Shown here: positions 1-9,686 of the stretch, one piece after another
Numbering within the stretch: the stretch's first letter is position 1
Layout: every line of letters starts with the position of its first letter
NCBI GenBank assembly: GCA_964644695.1
Contig: CAZXWN010000002.1
Span: 124,001 to 188,000, forward strand
Source: an uncultured bacterium
GTDB taxonomy: Bacteria; UBP4; UBA4092
Length of the DNA: 64,000 nt
Direction: 5' to 3'
Notes under the pieces: model-generated
The model's input: only the letters and a program-made list of their open reading frames with translations
The model's database searches: none
What the model was told of the DNA's origin: nothing
Program-made: the position numbers and the translations under genes

Positions 1-1367
1 TCAAGGCTATTAAAGAAATGGAAGGCCTGTTTTACACTCATTTCTGTAACTTGATGGATATTTTTCCCACTAACAGTTACAGCCAATGTCTCCGGTTTTA
101 ATCGGCTGCCCTTACATTCTGGGCAGGGTAATTCTCGCATATAGGAATATATTTCATTGCGGACATAATCAGCATTGGTTTCCGCAAAGCGGCGTTGTAG
201 ATGGGGAATGACACCTTCAAAGTTATCTTTCCAGTATTGTTTACCACGAACGGCTATATCTTTCTCATCCTCTTTGCCATAGAGGATTATTTGATGTTGT
301 TTAGGAGTGAGAAGTCTCCAAGGTCTATTCATGTCAATATCAAACTGGGTGCATATCTGTTCCAGAATCCGGTAGTAATATCCACCCAATCCCGTAGCTC
401 CAGAAGAATAATAACCGGCAATGCGATACCATGGGACAATAGCACCTTCACTAATGGATTTGTCTTGGTCAGGTACTATCAAATCAGGGTCAAGCTTAGT
501 ACTGGTGCCTAATCCATGACAGGCAGGACAGGCGCCATGGGGACTGTTGAATGAAAAATTCCTTGGAGCCATTTCTTCAAAGGAAATCCCACAATCCGGG
601 CACGCAAAGTTTTCTGAATAGACAATCTCTTTCTTTTCGTCGGGGAAATTAATATAAACTAAGCCTTGTCCAAGTTTTAATGCTGTCTCAATTGAATCGG
701 CCAGTCTCTGACGGATGTCTTCACGTGCGACCAACCGGTCCACCACTACATCAATATTATGTTTCTTGTATTTTTCAAGTTTTACGGAATTTAGAGATTC
801 ATTGATATCGACAATAACGCCATTGATGCGGGCGCGGACAAATCCTTGTTGCTGAATATTTTCCAGTAATTTCTTGTATTCACCCTTTCGGCTCCGAATT
901 AGAGGGGATATAACGATGAATTTTGTATTTTCTTTCAGCATCATCAGCTGGTCGATTATTTGTGATGCTGATTGGTGTTGGATTTCATTGCCGCAGGAAG
1001 GGCAGTGAGGATGGCCTATTCGGGCAAATAGTAGACGCAGATAATCATATATCTCAGTAACGGTTCCCACGGTAGATCGTGGGTTTTTACTGACTGATTT
1101 TTGCTCAATAGAGATGGCTGGTGATAATCCCTCGATAAATTCCACATCGGGTTTATCCATTTGCTCCAGGAATTGTCGTGCATAAGCGGATAAAGACTCG
1201 ACATATCGTCTTTGTCCCTCAGCGTATATGGTGTCAAAAGCCAATGAGGATTTGCCTGAGCCTGATAGACCCGTAATGACTACCAGTTTATCTCTCGGAA
1301 TACTTATATCAATATTCTTTAAATTGTGCTCTTTGGCACCTTTTATGACTATTTCATTTATTGGCAT
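1..1367 (-). CDS. uvrA: Excinuclease ABC subunit A, 5' part (runs off window start)
   Basis: Not in ORF track. Manual translation from ATG at 1367: MPINEIVIKGAKEHNLKNIDISIPRDKLVVITGLSGSGKSSLAFDTIYAEGQRRYVESLSAYARQFLEQMDKPDV, the canonical UvrA N-terminus with Walker A. Confidence 0.97.
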   Translation of the reverse strand, partial: MPINEIVIKGAKEHNLKNIDISIPRDKLVVITGLSGSGKSSLAFDTIYAEGQRRYVESLSAYARQFLEQMDKPDVEFIEGLSPAISIEQKSVSKNPRSTVGTVTEIYDYLRLLFARIGHPHCPSCGNEIQHQSASQIIDQLMMLKENTKFIVISPLIRSRKGEYKKLLENIQQQGFVRARINGVIVDINESLNSVKLEKYKKHNIDVVVDRLVAREDIRQRLADSIETALKLGQGLVYINFPDEKKEIVYSENFACPDCGISFEEMAPRNFSFNSPHGACPACHGLGTSTKLDPDLIVPDQDKSISEGAIVPWYRIAGYYSSGATGLGGYYYRILEQICTQFDIDMNRPWRLLTPKQHQIILYGKEDEKDIAVRGKQYWKDNFEGVIPHLQRRFAETNADYVRNEIYSYMRELPCPECKGSRLKPETLAVTVSGKNIHQVTEMSVKQAFHFFNSL

Positions 1368-1462
1368 AATAGATTTCTTTTTATGAGAATTTCAGGAGAA
1401 GTATAGTTATCTGAAAAAAGGTAATCTTCTATTATACCCCACTTAAATGGCCTAATAAAGAA

Positions 1463-1490
1463 CCGCAGGCCATCTAGAGATGACCTGCGG
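1463..1490 (-). terminator. Probable intrinsic terminator downstream of 1515-1898
   Basis: CCGCAGGcCATC-TAGA-GATGaCCTGCGG hairpin with T-rich tail on the minus strand. Confidence 0.6.
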
Positions 1491-1514
1491 AGAAGTCTTT
1501 CTATTAAAGTATGT

Positions 1515-1898
1515 TTATATGTTTCTTACGGTTGGATGATCTTCGTATTTGTGTATTTTCTTCAACAGCTCATCTCTGTGCTCATATTCCATGACCCGTT
1601 GATGAGCATTATACTCACCAACACATTTTGCGGCACCTAAAGCACAGCCATATATGTACAACAGATATGCGGCGCTAAACGCCCAGAATGCTAACTGGTA
1701 AGATTCATATCGATCCAGGATAAAAGAGAAAAACGTAGTCCACCAAATAAAGGATATACACATTATAACCACTCCTTTAATGGTTTCTCCCGCGTAAATA
1801 TGACCAGAGCCGGGTAATACACAACTGAGTATTCTTGCTAAAAGAAAGGACTTGCGTGGTAAACGAATATTAGTATTTTCCATAGTATTCTCCCTCAA
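1515..1898 (-). CDS. TM2-like small membrane protein (paralog 1)
   Basis: KSFLLARILSCVLPGSGHIYAG motif followed by TM helices; shared with 4112 and 4600 ORFs. Confidence 0.7.
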   Translation of the reverse strand: MRENTMENTNIRLPRKSFLLARILSCVLPGSGHIYAGETIKGVVIMCISFIWWTTFFSFILDRYESYQLAFWAFSAAYLLYIYGCALGAAKCVGEYNAHQRVMEYEHRDELLKKIHKYEDHPTVRNI

Positions 1899-2175
1899 TC
1901 TAGTTTATTGGTATTTGATAGTAAACAATTAAGTCATAACAATTCCTTTTCTTCTTGACGATTTGTCTCACTCTAATTGTATTATATGTGAAATTATCTC
2001 AATAACAAGAATAGTTTGTGTTAAATCTGTTAATTGTATGTTAATCAAATAGATAGGAATTGTGCGAAACGATGAGTGGGCGTCTTTGTTTGCATCGAAG
2101 ATGTGTCGATGATAGAATCTCAACGCTTAATGACAGTTCTGTGAAACTAAAAATCCTGTCCTATCCAAACCTAAT

Positions 2176-3303
2176 ATGACTCCAAATATTGTAAATAATT
2201 CATTCATAACATTTCGAAATGCTGTGTCTGACGATGACCTGGCAATTTGTGAATTACTTAAACGTAACGATATGCCCGGTGCAATTTCTCTTTCGATGGG
2301 GTTTGATCCCAGTTATTTTGCAGGAATCAGTGTTTTAGGGTACAAAAACCGAGTAGCCGTTGCTGATTCTAATGTTGGTTTGGTTGGATTAGGTTCAATC
2401 ACTTCAAAGAAATTATATGTAAATGGAATGCCTCAAGATATTGGATATGCATGCAATGTTCGGATTGACCCACGTATCAGAAATATAAAAACCATGAAAC
2501 ACTTGATGCAGTCGGGTTGGAATTGGAGTAATGAAAATCCAATGGGTCCAATCTATCTCGGTAGTATTTTAAAAGATAACAAAAAGGCTTTTAGTTTATT
2601 AACTTCCAGCCGCTTTGGGATTCCTCCGGCAAAAAAGCTGTTTGATTATGAAGTCTTATTAACTCCTCTATGGAATCGGTCGGCTCCCCCAATACCTAAA
2701 GAAATAGTAATTCGGCGTGGCGATGAAGTGAATGTAAAAGATTTGGTTATATTCTTGAATGAATATGGACAAACTCGCCAATTTTATCCTGTTTATACCC
2801 AGGACGATTTGCTAAATCCATGCGGATTACTTCGGGGATTATCTTTATCTGATTTTCTTATAGCGACAAAGGGTGACCAGATAATAGGTTCAATAGCTTT
2901 GTGGGATCAGACACCTTTTAGGCAGTATGTGGTGACAGATTATAACAAATGGCTTGGGTTAGGAGTTTCTGTGTTACAACCCATCGCAAAAATGATGGGT
3001 ATTCCATTACCCGGAAGAGGTGATACCCTGAAGTGTATTACTGCAGCTTGTATCGCCGTAAAATCAGGTTTTGGGGGGATATTTGAAACATTATGGGCTC
3101 AGGCTCTCCACAATTTAGGCGGAAAGGGCTATACTTTTATTATAATTGGATTTTCTGAATCAGATCCTTGGTTGGAAATTGCCCGCCAATATAAGCATTA
3201 CCGACATGTCAGCTATATCGTCAGTTGGGATTTCAGACATAATGTCTACGGAGAATATCGCCTGGACCAAAAACTTCCTTATTTGGAATTGGGAAGTTTG
3301 TGA
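2176..3303 (+). CDS. GNAT-fold-like hypothetical protein (probable tandem acyltransferase fold)
   Basis: 375 aa ORF; GYACNVRIDPRIR resembles GNAT motif A; ends PYLELGSL. Confidence 0.55.
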   Translation: MTPNIVNNSFITFRNAVSDDDLAICELLKRNDMPGAISLSMGFDPSYFAGISVLGYKNRVAVADSNVGLVGLGSITSKKLYVNGMPQDIGYACNVRIDPRIRNIKTMKHLMQSGWNWSNENPMGPIYLGSILKDNKKAFSLLTSSRFGIPPAKKLFDYEVLLTPLWNRSAPPIPKEIVIRRGDEVNVKDLVIFLNEYGQTRQFYPVYTQDDLLNPCGLLRGLSLSDFLIATKGDQIIGSIALWDQTPFRQYVVTDYNKWLGLGVSVLQPIAKMMGIPLPGRGDTLKCITAACIAVKSGFGGIFETLWAQALHNLGGKGYTFIIIGFSESDPWLEIARQYKHYRHVSYIVSWDFRHNVYGEYRLDQKLPYLELGSL

Positions 3304-3348
3304 CATGGACGATTACATGTTACATTTGTATATACTATCAGGAGTTAA

Positions 3349-4122
3349 GTGACTATGGGTTTACAGGCTAATGTTGTACCTGTGAGTGAGATTACTTCGC
3401 AACAACGTGACGAAATGTATGGGGTTATGACTCGGTACTTCGATGATGTGCATCGTCCTATATTTGAACGGGATCTTGACGAAAAATCATGGGTTTTTTT
3501 ACTTACTGAGACAGAAACTGGGAAAATATGTGGTTTCACCACCCTTTTACTTTTGGATGCAGTTATAGATAATAAGCCTGTTCGTGCCTTTTATTCCGGA
3601 GATACTGTTCTGGAACACGCCTATCGTTCATCTCTAGCCTTAGAAAGAGCTTGGATTGCCTTTGCTGCTGAAATTATTGAACAATACCCTAACAATTCCT
3701 GGTATTGGTTCATGATTTGCAACAGCTTCCGATCCTATCGGTACCTTTCAGTGTTTGCCAAGAAGTTCCATCCCCACCCAATCCTTACGACTCCCGCATA
3801 TGAAAAGAAAGTGATGGATACTTTTGCCCGTAAAAAATTTGGTGATGCTTATGACCAGGAAAAAGGTGTTGTAAGGATTCCTATGGGCTGCCGACTTAAA
3901 CCCGGTATTTGCGATATTAATGAAAGAGAATTACGGAACCCTTTTGTTGCTTACTTCCAGGAAATGAACCCTGAGTGGCATGAGGGTGTCGAATTAGCCT
4001 GTCTTATGAGTCTTGAATTGGATAATTATCAACCGGCAGTGTTCCGATTTTTAAAACAGGAATTAGACTTATTAAGAAAGACTAGCCCTATCTTACAACA
4101 ACCTCTTGAAATTACTCCTTAG
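3349..4122 (+). CDS. Conserved GNAT-like hypothetical protein (YSGDT family)
   Basis: Motifs GFTTL, FYSGDTVL, WFMICNSFRSYRYL, NPEWHEGVELAC; RBS AGGAG before GTG. Confidence 0.6.
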   Translation: MTMGLQANVVPVSEITSQQRDEMYGVMTRYFDDVHRPIFERDLDEKSWVFLLTETETGKICGFTTLLLLDAVIDNKPVRAFYSGDTVLEHAYRSSLALERAWIAFAAEIIEQYPNNSWYWFMICNSFRSYRYLSVFAKKFHPHPILTTPAYEKKVMDTFARKKFGDAYDQEKGVVRIPMGCRLKPGICDINERELRNPFVAYFQEMNPEWHEGVELACLMSLELDNYQPAVFRFLKQELDLLRKTSPILQQPLEITP

Positions 4123-4582
4123 GTTGGATTTCATCTGTACTATTAACTGTTTTATCAAAAAGTATTGTGTCCTCAGTACCTTCTTGTTCATGTGAATCAA
4201 TAATACGGGTCCGCATGGCCACTGTGAAAAGGTTCCTGTTCTTTAAATCTTCCAACTGAATAACCCGGGTATTATAGTCCTCTGCTTCCTGTGCTGTAAA
4301 AATGGAGCAAATAATGACATAGAGGACATAAAAAAACAGGTTTATAAAGGTGACTCCATTTCGTATCCAGTCGTAGTTTTGATGCTGGTCAGGAGCAAAC
4401 CCCAAATAAAATAGAACCTCAAATCCAATTAAAATACCTAAGGGCAGAAACCATAGCAGAGCCCGCAAAAACCCACCTAAATATAAGCTCCCCAGTCCAG
4501 GGATAATCAAACTTAATATTCTGGCAACCAGAACAGATTTTTCAGCAGGTATTTCACAATATGGCTTTTTTTGATGTTTCAT
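4112..4582 (-). CDS. TM2-like small membrane protein (paralog 2)
   Basis: KSVLVARILSLIIPGLGSLYLG motif plus TM helices. Confidence 0.7.
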   Translation of the reverse strand: MKHQKKPYCEIPAEKSVLVARILSLIIPGLGSLYLGGFLRALLWFLPLGILIGFEVLFYLGFAPDQHQNYDWIRNGVTFINLFFYVLYVIICSIFTAQEAEDYNTRVIQLEDLKNRNLFTVAMRTRIIDSHEQEGTEDTILFDKTVNSTDEIQPKE

Positions 4583-4599
4583 CGCTCGTCAAGTTACTT

Positions 4600-5277
4600 T
4601 CACTGGTTATCATCAGATTTAGTTTTATCTCTGCCCATCCAGTCCCGGTAAGATTCATTCATCAATTTTCTGTTAAATGAATATTCTTTCAGGGCAATTT
4701 GTTTATTATGTTCTACCGTATCGTTAAAAGAAGTTATACAACAAATTGCTGCATATATCAAATAAAACCAATATAACAACCAGATAAATAGTGGAGCAAG
4801 AAATACCAACGCATATTTTAATGTTGTGAATATAACAGGCCCTACCAGTATTGGCAGAAACCACATTACCCCGACAAGTGGTCTCCCAAGATATAGGTAC
4901 CCCAATCCCGGCAATATGAAGTTCAGAATTGTTGTGATGTAGGGTTTCTTTTCCTTGTCCACAACGACATAACTGGAAATCAGTTTGTCTAGAATTCTTG
5001 CCCAGGTTTTAGGGATTGGAAGATGTCTCTGATTATTTTTTATATTTGATAATTCCACATCATCAAAGGATCGGACAACTGTCAGAATAAGAATGAGGAT
5101 ATAGAACACTCCGATTACAAAAGCCTTATACCCAAATAATGAAAGAATAAACAACATGGGCGCAGATATGAGCATCCAAAAAAATCCCCAACCGTAGTTT
5201 TCAGCATAAACCATGCCTAAACCCGGCCACATCAAACTCATTATGACAGCTAAAAATGGAGATTTCCGATTTTTCAT
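4600..5277 (-). CDS. TM2-like membrane protein with two repeats (paralog 3)
   Basis: Two copies: KSPFLAVIMSLMWPGLGMVYA and KKPYITTILNFILPGLGYLYLG. Confidence 0.7.
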   Translation of the reverse strand: MKNRKSPFLAVIMSLMWPGLGMVYAENYGWGFFWMLISAPMLFILSLFGYKAFVIGVFYILILILTVVRSFDDVELSNIKNNQRHLPIPKTWARILDKLISSYVVVDKEKKPYITTILNFILPGLGYLYLGRPLVGVMWFLPILVGPVIFTTLKYALVFLAPLFIWLLYWFYLIYAAICCITSFNDTVEHNKQIALKEYSFNRKLMNESYRDWMGRDKTKSDDNQ

Positions 5278-5419
5278 TTTTATCCTATTTAATATAATAC
5301 GCCTAAAACTCTTTTTCCTTCGCTGCCCGAATGTCCCACCCCGTGGACACCTTCTAACACTCTAATATAAAGTAACTTAACTGATTGAGTGGATTCATCA
5401 TTATATAATTATACATATT

Positions 5420-6250
5420 ATGTTTATATTAGATTTTCCTCATCCTGAATGTTATTCACCCACAGACACCCGGTTCCGGGAGCTCTACCTGTATTTTGGT
5501 AATCGATGTAATCGGGACTGTCGGTTTTGTACCGTTTTTGGGGGGACTCAAGGATGGATGGAGCCTTTCCAAAAGGAACAACTGGATTTTGCCTTGGAGT
5601 TGATTGCCTCAGATGGGCATCTAAAAGTTTATGGGGGTGAGCCTGTTCTGAATTTACAAAATATTGATGAATCCCTTCAATATTTACGACAAGGTGGATT
5701 TACTGGACGAATCACGCTATTTCATAATGGAGTTCTTTTTCCCAGAATACAAAAGTTATTAGAACGAGACTCTAAAATCAATGTTGCTTTAAACTACTCG
5801 ATATATCATTGCCGGGGAGCTGATGCACTAAAACCTGAGGAACGGATTTCTATTGACAGTTATAAAGCACAGCATCCAGACCAGGTTTATCTGGCACATC
5901 CTGATTTAATACCCAATGGACGGGGTGCTGAAGAAATATCAAGCATGGATCCAGACCATAATTTTCAATTGTTGTGTCCCCTTTGTTTTCCTGTATTGAC
6001 CAGCCGGGGAGAATTGAAAGCGTGTCCTTTTTTTGTGGAGACACGGAGTGCCTATCACTTTTTGGGTGAGGTGGGAGACCCTGCAGATTTGATGGTGGAC
6101 CGATATAAAAAATTCCGTGAATGGGTTGAATGTGCCATCCACTCCTTTGTGGATATGACAGGCCGATACCCTTGTGATTACTGTGTAGAGTTTGCAGCGC
6201 AGGCACCCTTTACCTATGTCCAGAACACTCACAATCCCTGGACTGAATAA
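5420..6250 (+). CDS. Radical SAM protein
   Basis: CNRDCRFC (CX3CX2C), GGEP motif, extra C-terminal cysteines (CPLC, C, CDYC). Confidence 0.85.
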   Translation: MFILDFPHPECYSPTDTRFRELYLYFGNRCNRDCRFCTVFGGTQGWMEPFQKEQLDFALELIASDGHLKVYGGEPVLNLQNIDESLQYLRQGGFTGRITLFHNGVLFPRIQKLLERDSKINVALNYSIYHCRGADALKPEERISIDSYKAQHPDQVYLAHPDLIPNGRGAEEISSMDPDHNFQLLCPLCFPVLTSRGELKACPFFVETRSAYHFLGEVGDPADLMVDRYKKFREWVECAIHSFVDMTGRYPCDYCVEFAAQAPFTYVQNTHNPWTE

Positions 6251-6274
6251 GTAGCGATTCCAACCCGGGATTAT

Positions 6275-6757
6275 TTATTTCTTTTCTTCCAAAACTTTGA
6301 AAGCCATACTAACCGCCTCTTCCGCAGTCTGTGCTTTCATAATACCGGATTCATCTGGTAATGCCCAGGTCTTTAGCCCAATGACGGACTTTCCCAGTTT
6401 CAATGCCAGAGCGAGTTCTGATAAGGTTCCAAATTCTCCTCCAATGGCAATGACTACATCACCACTGGCCGCCACAATGGCGTTTCGAGCGTGACCTAAT
6501 CCTGTTGGAATGGGAATGTCTATATAATCATTTGCAAGTTGGGATTCATAGACCGGAAGAATACCTATTGTTATTCCGCCTGCTTGCTGTGCTCCGCGAG
6601 CAACGGCCTCCATAACGCCACCTAACCCTCCACAAATAAGGATGCCACCAGCCTTTGCTATACGGGTTCCTACTTCCTCTGCCTGCTGTGCCAAAGCATC
6701 AGAACATCGGCCGGCTCCAATGACAGTTATTCTTGGTTTTTGTTTGGTTTGTGTCAT
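6275..6757 (-). CDS. LOG-like Rossmann protein (TIGR00725 type)
   Basis: CGGLGGVMEAVARGA, TGLGHARN, GGEFGTLSE motifs. Confidence 0.88.
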   Translation of the reverse strand: MTQTKQKPRITVIGAGRCSDALAQQAEEVGTRIAKAGGILICGGLGGVMEAVARGAQQAGGITIGILPVYESQLANDYIDIPIPTGLGHARNAIVAASGDVVIAIGGEFGTLSELALALKLGKSVIGLKTWALPDESGIMKAQTAEEAVSMAFKVLEEKK

Positions 6758-6874
6758 GGATTTTTCCTCCCTTATTTACGGGTATTACCCTATGATTTAC
6801 TCTTTATCCTTATGTTAGGATAAATTACAGTTTTAATCTAAATATTCTTACCACGAGAAAGGTTCCATATCAGT

Positions 6875-7912
6875 ATGAAGTCCTCCCAGTCAAAAGTCCG
6901 TATTGGAATTATTGGTACAGGCGGGATTTCCGCTCTCCATATACGAGGCTATGCCAAGCATCCACAAGCTGAGATAGTTGCTGTCTGTGATGCGATTGAA
7001 GAAAGGGCACAAAAAGTTGCCGCTGAACAAAAAATCGCAGAAGTTTACACTGATTATAAGGTGATGTTGAAGAAAGCCAAGCTTGATGCAGTGAGTATCT
7101 GCTTGCCTAATTTTCTTCATGCCCCCGCAGCGGTTGCCGCATTAAACGCCGGTGTCCATGTCATCTTGGAGAAACCATTGGCCCATACGGTGGCAGACGG
7201 TAAGAAGATTGTGGAAGCTCAGAAAAAATCAGGAAAATTCTTAATGGTCGCCTTCCATAACCGTTTCCGTAGTGAAGTACAGATTATCAAAAAGCAGATT
7301 GAAGACGGTGTATTAGGCGATATCTATTATGCAAAATGTGCCTGGCTGCGTCGGGTAGGGATACCTGCCTGGGGTAAATGGTTCTGCACCAAGGAACAAT
7401 CTGGTGGTGGTCCGATGATTGATATTGGTGTGCACGCATTAGATATGACTTTGTATTTGATGGGATTTCCTGAGCCTGTATCTGTGAGTGCCTCCACTTA
7501 TTGTAAATTAGGTCCCAAAGGTCTTGGATTCTGGGGCAAACCTATTCCCATTGATGTCGAAGATTTGGGTGTGGGATTGGTGAAGTTCAAAAATGGCGCA
7601 ACTTTATTCCTGGAGACCTCATGGGCACTCCACACTGAAAAGGAAGAAAGTTATGTCAAACTGTTTGGTACAGAAGCTGGGGCGGTTGTTGATCCGCCGG
7701 TTATTTATGGAAATAAGAATAATCAGTTATGGGATATGCACCTTCAGTATGTGAAAAATGTTCCACACGATGAAGAAATGATTCATTTTGTTGATTGTAT
7801 CCTTCAGAATAAAGCTCCCTTATCTACTGCATATCAGGGACTTATGTCACTAAAGATTCTGGATGGTATGTATCGGTCTTCGGAATCTGGAAAAGAAATC
7901 ATTCTAAAGTAG
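6875..7912 (+). CDS. Gfo/Idh/MocA family oxidoreductase
   Basis: GIIGTGGIS, EKP, GGGPMIDIGVH motifs. Confidence 0.92.
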   Translation: MKSSQSKVRIGIIGTGGISALHIRGYAKHPQAEIVAVCDAIEERAQKVAAEQKIAEVYTDYKVMLKKAKLDAVSICLPNFLHAPAAVAALNAGVHVILEKPLAHTVADGKKIVEAQKKSGKFLMVAFHNRFRSEVQIIKKQIEDGVLGDIYYAKCAWLRRVGIPAWGKWFCTKEQSGGGPMIDIGVHALDMTLYLMGFPEPVSVSASTYCKLGPKGLGFWGKPIPIDVEDLGVGLVKFKNGATLFLETSWALHTEKEESYVKLFGTEAGAVVDPPVIYGNKNNQLWDMHLQYVKNVPHDEEMIHFVDCILQNKAPLSTAYQGLMSLKILDGMYRSSESGKEIILK

Positions 7913-7930
7913 TCAGGTTATGAATTATCA

Positions 7931-7969
7931 AGGGCTGGAAGCTGACATGGCTTCCAGCTCTTTTTTTTT
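7931..7969 (+). terminator. Intrinsic terminator
   Basis: AGGGCTGGAAGC-loop-GCTTCCAGCTCT plus T run. Confidence 0.85.
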
Positions 7970-7984
7970 GTAAATATTATTTTC

Positions 7985-8090
7985 AAACGAACCAGAAACG
8001 AATCAGGATGGAATTGGGTGGCGTATAATTAGTACAGAATAACTGTTGAAGCTACGGAGTTGCTCCGAGCTGCTCCGTGGATTCTTCGTT
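7985..8090 (+). repeat. Dispersed intergenic element, copy A (two modules about 50 nt apart)
   Basis: AACGAACCAGAAACGAA (16/17 to copy B) and TACGGAGTTGCTCCGAGCTGCTCCGTG (22/27 to copy B). Confidence 0.7.
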
Positions 8091-8137
8091 GTTTTGTGGG
8101 TTATGTTTATTAGTTTATTTTTTATTAAGAGGGCAGT

Positions 8138-8587
8138 ATGAATACAGAACAAGGTTTTAAGTTGGCAGTATATGGTACTTTTACCGGAGTCATCTTCGGT
8201 GGGATTTCCTGGTTACTTATGTTGGCCGGGCTAGCAAAAGACTGGATGACGATGGGGGCCATCGCTATATTGGTTTTATTACTTTATATGGTTTGCATCC
8301 GTATTTGTCTTCGTCATCCACAATACTTGTTTCGTCTGACCATTATGGCAATAATCTGGATTGGTCTTACCAGTATGGTGGTAATGAACTTGCGCTGGCC
8401 ATTGTGGATAAAAGTTTTTACGCAGGAAACGACATATTCTGTCATGGGTGGATATACAATTGAGGCCATGCGTCAGTATAATTTGATGATGGCTGGAGTC
8501 ACCGTGCTTCTGGTCGTTATTCTCGGCTTTTGGGAATTTCTCCGATACAAAGGTCGTATTACAATCGGACCGGATACCCACTCTTAA
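8138..8587 (+). CDS. Hypothetical 4-TM membrane protein
   Basis: 149 aa, four hydrophobic segments, RBS GAGGG. Confidence 0.65.
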   Translation: MNTEQGFKLAVYGTFTGVIFGGISWLLMLAGLAKDWMTMGAIAILVLLLYMVCIRICLRHPQYLFRLTIMAIIWIGLTSMVVMNLRWPLWIKVFTQETTYSVMGGYTIEAMRQYNLMMAGVTVLLVVILGFWEFLRYKGRITIGPDTHS

Positions 8588-8644
8588 ATCTTCTGGATAA
8601 ATCAAAACTGATGTGTCTCATTTAAGTGGATATGTCTCCAATAT

Positions 8645-9682
8645 ATGAGGTTGATGATGTATCGAGCGGCTGTTTTAACTACTCCGAAACATATTACAAT
8701 CGAACACCGACCGGAACCCTTACTGAAACCCAATGAAGTCTGGGTAAAAATGGAATATGCCGGTGTATGTGGAACGGACATTGCTCTTTATTCGGGGGAC
8801 TATCCTGTCCCTTTACCTCTGGTGATTGGTCATGAATTTTCGGGAATTGTGGAAAAAGTTGGGTCAGATGAGTATCAGTCATGGGTTGGAAAACCTGTTG
8901 TTGCTGAAATCAACAATACCTGTGTTGCCTATAAAAACGAAACCTTATGTCCTGCTTGCCAACGCGGATTAACAAACCACTGTCTCACTCGTACTACCTT
9001 GGGGATTATAAATTACGACGGTGTTTTTGCTGATTATGTCAGAATACCTGTGGGTAATCTTCATTCCATCCCTCCCGGATTATCATTAACTGAAGCTGTT
9101 TTGGTTGAGCCGTTGGCGGCCGCGTTTCGTACTTTTGAATTATCCACCGTACAGCAGGGTGATTTAGTCGTTCTATTAGGATTAGGCCGACTGGGACAAT
9201 TTATCGCTGCCGTGGCCCGCCAATATAAAGTAAAGCTTGCGATTGTTGTGCATCGTGAAGAATCCCTGGAAACAGCTCGTAAATTCGGTGCTGATTATGT
9301 GTTTTGTTCCGGGACTCAGGATGTTGAGAGGGAAATAAAAACGATAACGCAAGGACTGGGTGCCGACATGGTTATTGAAGCAACGGGGAATCCTGCAGGA
9401 TTTTCTCTGGCAATGAATATTGTTCGGCCTCAGGGAACACTGGCATTAAAGACCACTTGTGGACTGCCTGCAGAAGGTGTGGATGCTACGAAACTGGTCG
9501 TTAATGAAATAAGGATTCAGGGTTCTCGTTGTGGTCCCTTTGATAAAGCGCTGGCTTTCATGGTCCGGAAAACAATTGACTATAAAAGTATAATCTCGGA
9601 TATATTACCTTTAGAAGAAACGGGGCATGCCATTGAATTGGCAAGTTCTCGGAGTAAAGTCCTGATACGAGGGAACAGCTGA
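8645..9682 (+). CDS. Zn-dependent medium-chain dehydrogenase (MDR family)
   Basis: GVCGTD, GHEFSG, structural Zn cysteines, GLGRLG, GSRCGPF. Confidence 0.9.
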   Translation: MRLMMYRAAVLTTPKHITIEHRPEPLLKPNEVWVKMEYAGVCGTDIALYSGDYPVPLPLVIGHEFSGIVEKVGSDEYQSWVGKPVVAEINNTCVAYKNETLCPACQRGLTNHCLTRTTLGIINYDGVFADYVRIPVGNLHSIPPGLSLTEAVLVEPLAAAFRTFELSTVQQGDLVVLLGLGRLGQFIAAVARQYKVKLAIVVHREESLETARKFGADYVFCSGTQDVEREIKTITQGLGADMVIEATGNPAGFSLAMNIVRPQGTLALKTTCGLPAEGVDATKLVVNEIRIQGSRCGPFDKALAFMVRKTIDYKSIISDILPLEETGHAIELASSRSKVLIRGNS

Positions 9683-9686
9683 CAAC

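Noticed and set aside
201..1237. ORFs 201-512 (+) and 1016-1237 (-)
   Set aside because: Shadow or off-frame ORFs inside uvrA
2060..2130. CG-containing stretch with CATCGA/TCGATG hairpin upstream of the GNAT pair as a fourth repeat copy or riboswitch
   Set aside because: No alignable identity to copies A-C and no known motif
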